The translations under genes and the position numbers were made by a program. A stretch of 64,000 nt of DNA, taken from the IMG/VR virus record IMGVR_UViG_2687453522_000001; one strand, given 5' to 3'. Every line of letters begins with the position of its first letter. Positions within the stretch are counted from its first letter, which is position 1. The notes under the pieces are model-generated. The model worked only from the letters and a program-made list of their open reading frames with translations. It was not told where the DNA came from and ran no database searches. This document shows, piece by piece, positions 60,041 to 64,000 of the stretch. The stretch is from a virus (lineage: Duplodnaviria > Heunggongvirae > Uroviricota > Caudoviricetes).

Positions 60041-60829
60041 TTACTGTGCCGCTTTGTTTAATTCATCAAGAACAGAATCAGGAACCAAAGCGGCAACTGC
60101 GCTGGCTGTGCTGACCTTATTTGCTGATGCTTCCGCAAGAGCGGTACCGATAGCATGGTTATAAGCAGTTATGGCTACGTTGGCGCTTTCATTCGCTCGT
60201 TCATACTGCTGTTGTAACGCAGTTGTGGGCGCTGTTGTCTGGTTGAAAACAACCCCAAACTGTTCAGTTGCTACTTTCAGAGATTCAATTTGCTCTTCTG
60301 TTAGTGCTGGTGGGGGAGTGGCAGTGCCGCCGCCTGAACCAGAGCCTGACGAGCTTCCTGAGCCAGTGTTAAGGGTCTGGTTAATCTCCCCCATAGCAGC
60401 GACTAAACTTGTTGTATTAAGCGCGTTAACAGCGTCCTCAAGCGATTTAGTAATATTCACATCACCAATGGCAATAGAGATCGGCAGTTCTGAAACTTCT
60501 CGCTCATTAGCACGGCAGTAAACATCCCAACCAATATCGAGTTGAAGCAGCATTGACAGATCTGCATAACCAGCCAACAGGTCCGCGTGCTTAGTTGCCA
60601 GTTCTCCAATGTTCGTTAAGCCGGTTGTGGTTGTTCTGATCGTTGAAACATAGCTGGTAATAGTGTCGGGATAGACAATTGTATCCAGAATTAATCCGGT
60701 CAATTCTTCTGCAAGCAGTTTTGCTGTGTTAGCACTGTTTCGTGCCGATGTTATGGCACCAGGTGTTTTCATCCCACCGGCGGCGGCCAATTTTTTATAT
60801 GCGGATAACTGGTAGTCTTTTTCCAGCAT
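60041..60829 (-). CDS. hypothetical protein with Gly/Ser-rich linker
   Basis: Track ORF 60041..60886; probable internal start MLEKDYQ; contains SGSSSGSGSGGG linker. Confidence 0.4.
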   Translation of the reverse strand: MLEKDYQLSAYKKLAAAGGMKTPGAITSARNSANTAKLLAEELTGLILDTIVYPDTITSYVSTIRTTTTGLTNIGELATKHADLLAGYADLSMLLQLDIGWDVYCRANEREVSELPISIAIGDVNITKSLEDAVNALNTTSLVAAMGEINQTLNTGSGSSSGSGSGGGTATPPPALTEEQIESLKVATEQFGVVFNQTTAPTTALQQQYERANESANVAITAYNHAIGTALAEASANKVSTASAVAALVPDSVLDELNKAAQ

Positions 60830-60837
60830 GATATCTC

Positions 60838-61122
60838 CTAACTTACCTGAACCAGGCCGTCTCCGGATGCTACGGTAGATCCGCATGAAACAGGGTCACC
60901 AACGCATACGATCCCTTTACCATTGACGGTAAACCATGCCCTGGTTGATATAGCTTGCCCACCGTGCGTACTGTTTCCATCGGTATGCTGTGCATATTGC
61001 TTACCATCAACTAACACTTCGACTCCGTTGACTTTAAGTAGTGGTTCACTCTCTACAGGAGGCCTGGATGGGAATCCTCCGTGCCCCGAACAAATGCTGT
61101 CTTTTGTTGCAATACTTGCCAC
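60838..61122 (-). CDS. small Gly/Cys/His-containing protein, possibly a spike-tip (PAAR-like) protein, 94 aa
   Basis: Motifs CSGHGG, HGG, CVGDPVSCGS suggest metal binding; assignment speculative. Confidence 0.3.
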   Translation of the reverse strand: MASIATKDSICSGHGGFPSRPPVESEPLLKVNGVEVLVDGKQYAQHTDGNSTHGGQAISTRAWFTVNGKGIVCVGDPVSCGSTVASGDGLVQVS

Positions 61123-61202
61123 GTCATCACCAATTATTTGCTCTGGTTTTCGTTATTTTAACTTAGGTTACTTGTGGTCTATATGGTGTTAACTATTGCA
61201 TG

Positions 61203-61219
61203 ATTGCTCTAATAAATAT
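61203..61219 (+). promoter_or_regulatory. C1 operator-like site (ATTGCTCTAATAAATAT)
   Basis: 16/17 match to the consensus, upstream of the rdgC-homologue/dmt operon. Confidence 0.5.
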
Positions 61220-61290
61220 TGTTTTTTATGTCGTGTTTTCGGTACCATTCAGCCATCGCCCTTCAATGGGTATTTGTTTGGAGTCGTCAG

Positions 61291-61575
61291 ATGCAGATGG
61301 AGCTAATAAGCCGCAAAGAGTTCGATAGCCGTGTAACCAGCGGTGAACTCGACAACTTGCAGGCTATCAAGGTGAAAGAAGGCTTTTGCCTCATTGGGAA
61401 TCAGAGCGGAACAAATCGCGTTTTTATGCTTCGCCGTACGGATTTGAAGCCATTTGTCTGGAAGAACGAAATTGGTCCCAGCTCATACGCTCAAACTAGG
61501 GGGTGCCTCAACCTGGCCTTTTTCTACAAAAACGAGCTTTCTGTGGTTGATATTCAAGGGTTACAACATGTTTAA
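61291..61575 (+). CDS. small hypothetical protein
   Basis: Probable start MQMELISRK inside track ORF 61219..61575; stop overlaps the rdgC-homologue start (ATGTTTAA). Confidence 0.35.
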   Translation: MQMELISRKEFDSRVTSGELDNLQAIKVKEGFCLIGNQSGTNRVFMLRRTDLKPFVWKNEIGPSSYAQTRGCLNLAFFYKNELSVVDIQGLQHV

Positions 61576-62473
61576 GCACTGGAAAAACATTACTATTTAT
61601 AAACTTTCTCGTGAAGCGGATCTGACCGACTTAGAAGATAAAAAGAAAATGATCCTTTTCACGCCATGCGGTAGTCAGGATATGGCCAAGTTCGGTTTTG
61701 TATCTCCATTTGGTGATAATTCCGAAGTTATCGCTATGCATGGAAATGGTTTTATCCTTGTTGAAGCAAAGCGCGAAACAAAAATCCTTCCCCCGCCGGT
61801 TATCCAGCGAGCTATTCAAGAAAAAATTGAAAAACTCGAGCAAGAACAAGCGCGTAAACTGAAGAAAACAGAGAAGGACTCCCTGAAAGACGAAGTTCTG
61901 CATTCTCTTCTGCCACGGGCTTTTTCAAAGTTTTCTGTTATCCAGGCGATCTACGACGGTTCAACTAAACGTATCTATATCAATGCCAGCGCGCGGCAGG
62001 CAGAGGATATGCTCGCGCTTATGCGTAAATCTCTGGGTTCTCTTCCTGTTGTTCCCCTAAGTGTTGAAAATCCCATTGAATTAACGCTGACCGACTGGGT
62101 ACGTGATGGTAGTGCTCCACAGGGATTTCAAATGGGGGATGCGGCAGAACTTAAGGCAGTGCTTGAGGATGGCGGTATTGCCCGAGTGAAAAAGCAGGAT
62201 TTGGGAAGCGATGAAATTTCCACACACCTGGAAGCTGGCAAGCTCGTTACTAAGTTGGCACTCGACTGGCAGAACCGCATTAAATTTACACTGGACCATA
62301 ACTTCAGCCTTACCAGCGTCAAATTTGCGGATGAATTGCTTGAGCAGAACTCTGATATTGATAGTGAAGATGTTGCGCAGCGACTGGACGCAGATTTCTT
62401 CCTGTTGACCAGTGAAATTTCGTGCCTGGTTGATGCTCTGGTAAATGCCCTTGGTGGAGAGGCTAAGCAGTGA
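61568..62473 (+). CDS. rdgC: RdgC-family recombination-associated protein (P1 hrdC-like)
   Basis: [14 protein letters not shown]...[15 protein letters not shown]...[23 protein letters not shown] is near co-linear with E. coli RdgC; AAGGG Shine-Dalgarno; track ORF 61454..62473. Confidence 0.8.
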   Translation: MFKHWKNITIYKLSREADLTDLEDKKKMILFTPCGSQDMAKFGFVSPFGDNSEVIAMHGNGFILVEAKRETKILPPPVIQRAIQEKIEKLEQEQARKLKKTEKDSLKDEVLHSLLPRAFSKFSVIQAIYDGSTKRIYINASARQAEDMLALMRKSLGSLPVVPLSVENPIELTLTDWVRDGSAPQGFQMGDAAELKAVLEDGGIARVKKQDLGSDEISTHLEAGKLVTKLALDWQNRIKFTLDHNFSLTSVKFADELLEQNSDIDSEDVAQRLDADFFLLTSEISCLVDALVNALGGEAKQ

Positions 62474-64000
62474 AAGAGCTGTGCTATGGATCTGTTTGCA
62501 GTGGAATTGAAGCCGCGAGTATTGCCTGGGAACCGTTGGGTATGCGTCCGGCGTGGTTTGCTGAAATCGAGCCTTTTCCATCTGCCGTTCTTGCGCACCG
62601 CTGGCCCCATGTCGCCAACCTTGGCGACATGACAAAACTTGCCAAAAAAGTCCTGGCTGGGGAAATCGAATCCCCTGATGTGCTCGTCGGGGGTACGCCT
62701 TGTCAGGCATTCAGTATCGCGGGCTTACGTGGTGGGCTTGATGATGAACGCGGCGCGCTAACTTTGAAGTATGTGGAGCTTGCAAATGCAATTGACGACA
62801 AACGGTCTGAGTCCTTCCTCAAACCGACAGTTATCGTCTGGGAAAATGTCCCAGGAGTCCTGTCATCGGCAGATAACGCCTTCGGATGTTTCCTTGCCGG
62901 ATTGGCTGGAGAAGATGCGCCATTTGAACCAGGTGATCGACCTGAATCAGGAAAAAGTAACGCGTTCTGGCGGTGGGATGGCAAAACCGGTTGCCATGCT
63001 CCAAAGTGGCCGCAGTGTGGTTGTATTTATGGACCGCAGCGAAAGGTGGCCTGGAGAATCCTTGATGCCCAATACTTCGGAGTGGCACAACGACGCCGAC
63101 GCGTGTTTGTTGTCGCAAGTGCTCGAACAGACTTCGATCCCGCAACGGTACTTTTTGAGTTCGAAGGCGTGCGCCGGAATATTGCGCCGAGCCGAAAAAA
63201 GAAGGAAATCGCTTCCGCCATTACTGCAAATGGCGCTGCAATCAGTGGCGAAAGCCTAAATCCATGCCTACACGCTGGCATGTCCCCCGGTATGAAATCG
63301 ACGAAATCCGTAAACGGTTTCAGGATGGCGGCATTTGGGGAATATATTGACGATGAAACCGCATTGACAGTAAAGGCAAGAGACTTTAAAGATGCCACTG
63401 ACCTTGCCGTTTTTAGCAGCACTGGAGCAGGTTTTTGGTCAGAAGGGCATGGTACATTGCGGGCGCGTGAGCAAGAAAGCCATGAGCATCTTGTTACATT
63501 GGCTTTTCCTGAGCGTATGAGTGGTACACAACATGCAGCAACTAAGAATACTTCACCATCTCTAATGGCTCAAAATCCAACTGCTGTTTGCTATGAAGTA
63601 AGAAACGAAGAAGTAGCTGTCCGCCGTCTTACCCCTGTCGAATGTGAGAGACTTCAAGGTTTTCCTGATGGGCATACATTGATCCCTACGGAAAAGCGTA
63701 AAAAAGTTAATTCAGATGAACTGGCATATCTGCACAATCACTATCCAGATTTAAGCGAAGAAGAGGCCGCAATGCTTGCAGCTGACGGACCGCGTTACAA
63801 AGCGATCGGCAATAGTATGGCGATACCAGTAATGCGCTGGATTGGCGATCGGATTGCCAAGGCTGCATGTCGGCAGAAGGAAGGGAGTGAAACAAAAGAG
63901 CGAAAAGTTAAACCAGCGGCAGAATTCGAACGGTCCATATTCAAATGGGCTGGTGGAAAATTTGGTGTTCTGGAACAAATCTTTCGCTATTTGCCAGAAG
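62470..64000 (+). CDS. dmt: Dmt-like DNA methyltransferase, partial (C5-cytosine MTase domain followed by the start of a Dam-like N6-adenine MTase domain); 3' end beyond the window
   Basis: My own translation of the open frame from GTG 62470: C5-MTase motifs [36 protein letters not shown]; then [13 protein letters not shown] resembling Dam motif I. No stop before the window end; not in the ORF track because it is open-ended. Confidence 0.7.
   Translation, partial: MKELCYGSVCSGIEAASIAWEPLGMRPAWFAEIEPFPSAVLAHRWPHVANLGDMTKLAKKVLAGEIESPDVLVGGTPCQAFSIAGLRGGLDDERGALTLKYVELANAIDDKRSESFLKPTVIVWENVPGVLSSADNAFGCFLAGLAGEDAPFEPGDRPESGKSNAFWRWDGKTGCHAPKWPQCGCIYGPQRKVAWRILDAQYFGVAQRRRRVFVVASARTDFDPATVLFEFEGVRRNIAPSRKKKEIASAITANGAAISGESLNPCLHAGMSPGMKSTKSVNGFRMAAFGEYIDDETALTVKARDFKDATDLAVFSSTGAGFWSEGHGTLRAREQESHEHLVTLAFPERMSGTQHAATKNTSPSLMAQNPTAVCYEVRNEEVAVRRLTPVECERLQGFPDGHTLIPTEKRKKVNSDELAYLHNHYPDLSEEEAAMLAADGPRYKAIGNSMAIPVMRWIGDRIAKAACRQKEGSETKERKVKPAAEFERSIFKWAGGKFGVLEQIFRYLPE

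Overview
This window reads as a contiguous ~64 kb segment of a P1-like (Punavirus-type) temperate phage-plasmid of Enterobacteriaceae, running from ref to the start of dmt. Gene order and protein sizes match the P1 backbone: ref; lxc/ulx/darB (2255 aa); prt/pro; lyz (SAR endolysin); ssb; the dar operon (ddrB, ddrA, darA, hdf, lydB, lydA); cin plus an invertible tail-fibre segment (S, U, U', Sv') with both cix sites; R and baseplate genes; sit (SLT-domain giant protein); immI (c4 RNA, icd, ant); kilA-repL; sheath and capsid; parS-parB-parA; repA flanked by incA/incC iterons and the GATC/DnaA-box origin; a spanin-like embedded gene pair; an rdgC homologue; and dmt (C5-MTase fused to a Dam-like domain, truncated by the window end). 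At least seven C1-repressor operator-like sites (ATTGCTCTAAT core) are visible. The main candidate for something new is an AT-rich single gene for a 435-aa SIR2-like (sirtuin-fold, putative NADase) protein sitting where P1 carries the EcoP1I res/mod genes, next to the darB anti-restriction locus. Other accessory cargo: an AT-rich three-gene membrane/secreted island at the P1 sim position, an IS200/IS605-family tnpB-only element inside the dar operon, an orphan ParA-like ATPase after repL, a decayed second invertase gene beside cin, and a strongly expanded tandem-repeat array in the S tail-fibre gene. All calls rest on reading the sequence and recalled family knowledge; no database search was run, and P1 gene names given on synteny and size alone carry lower confidence.
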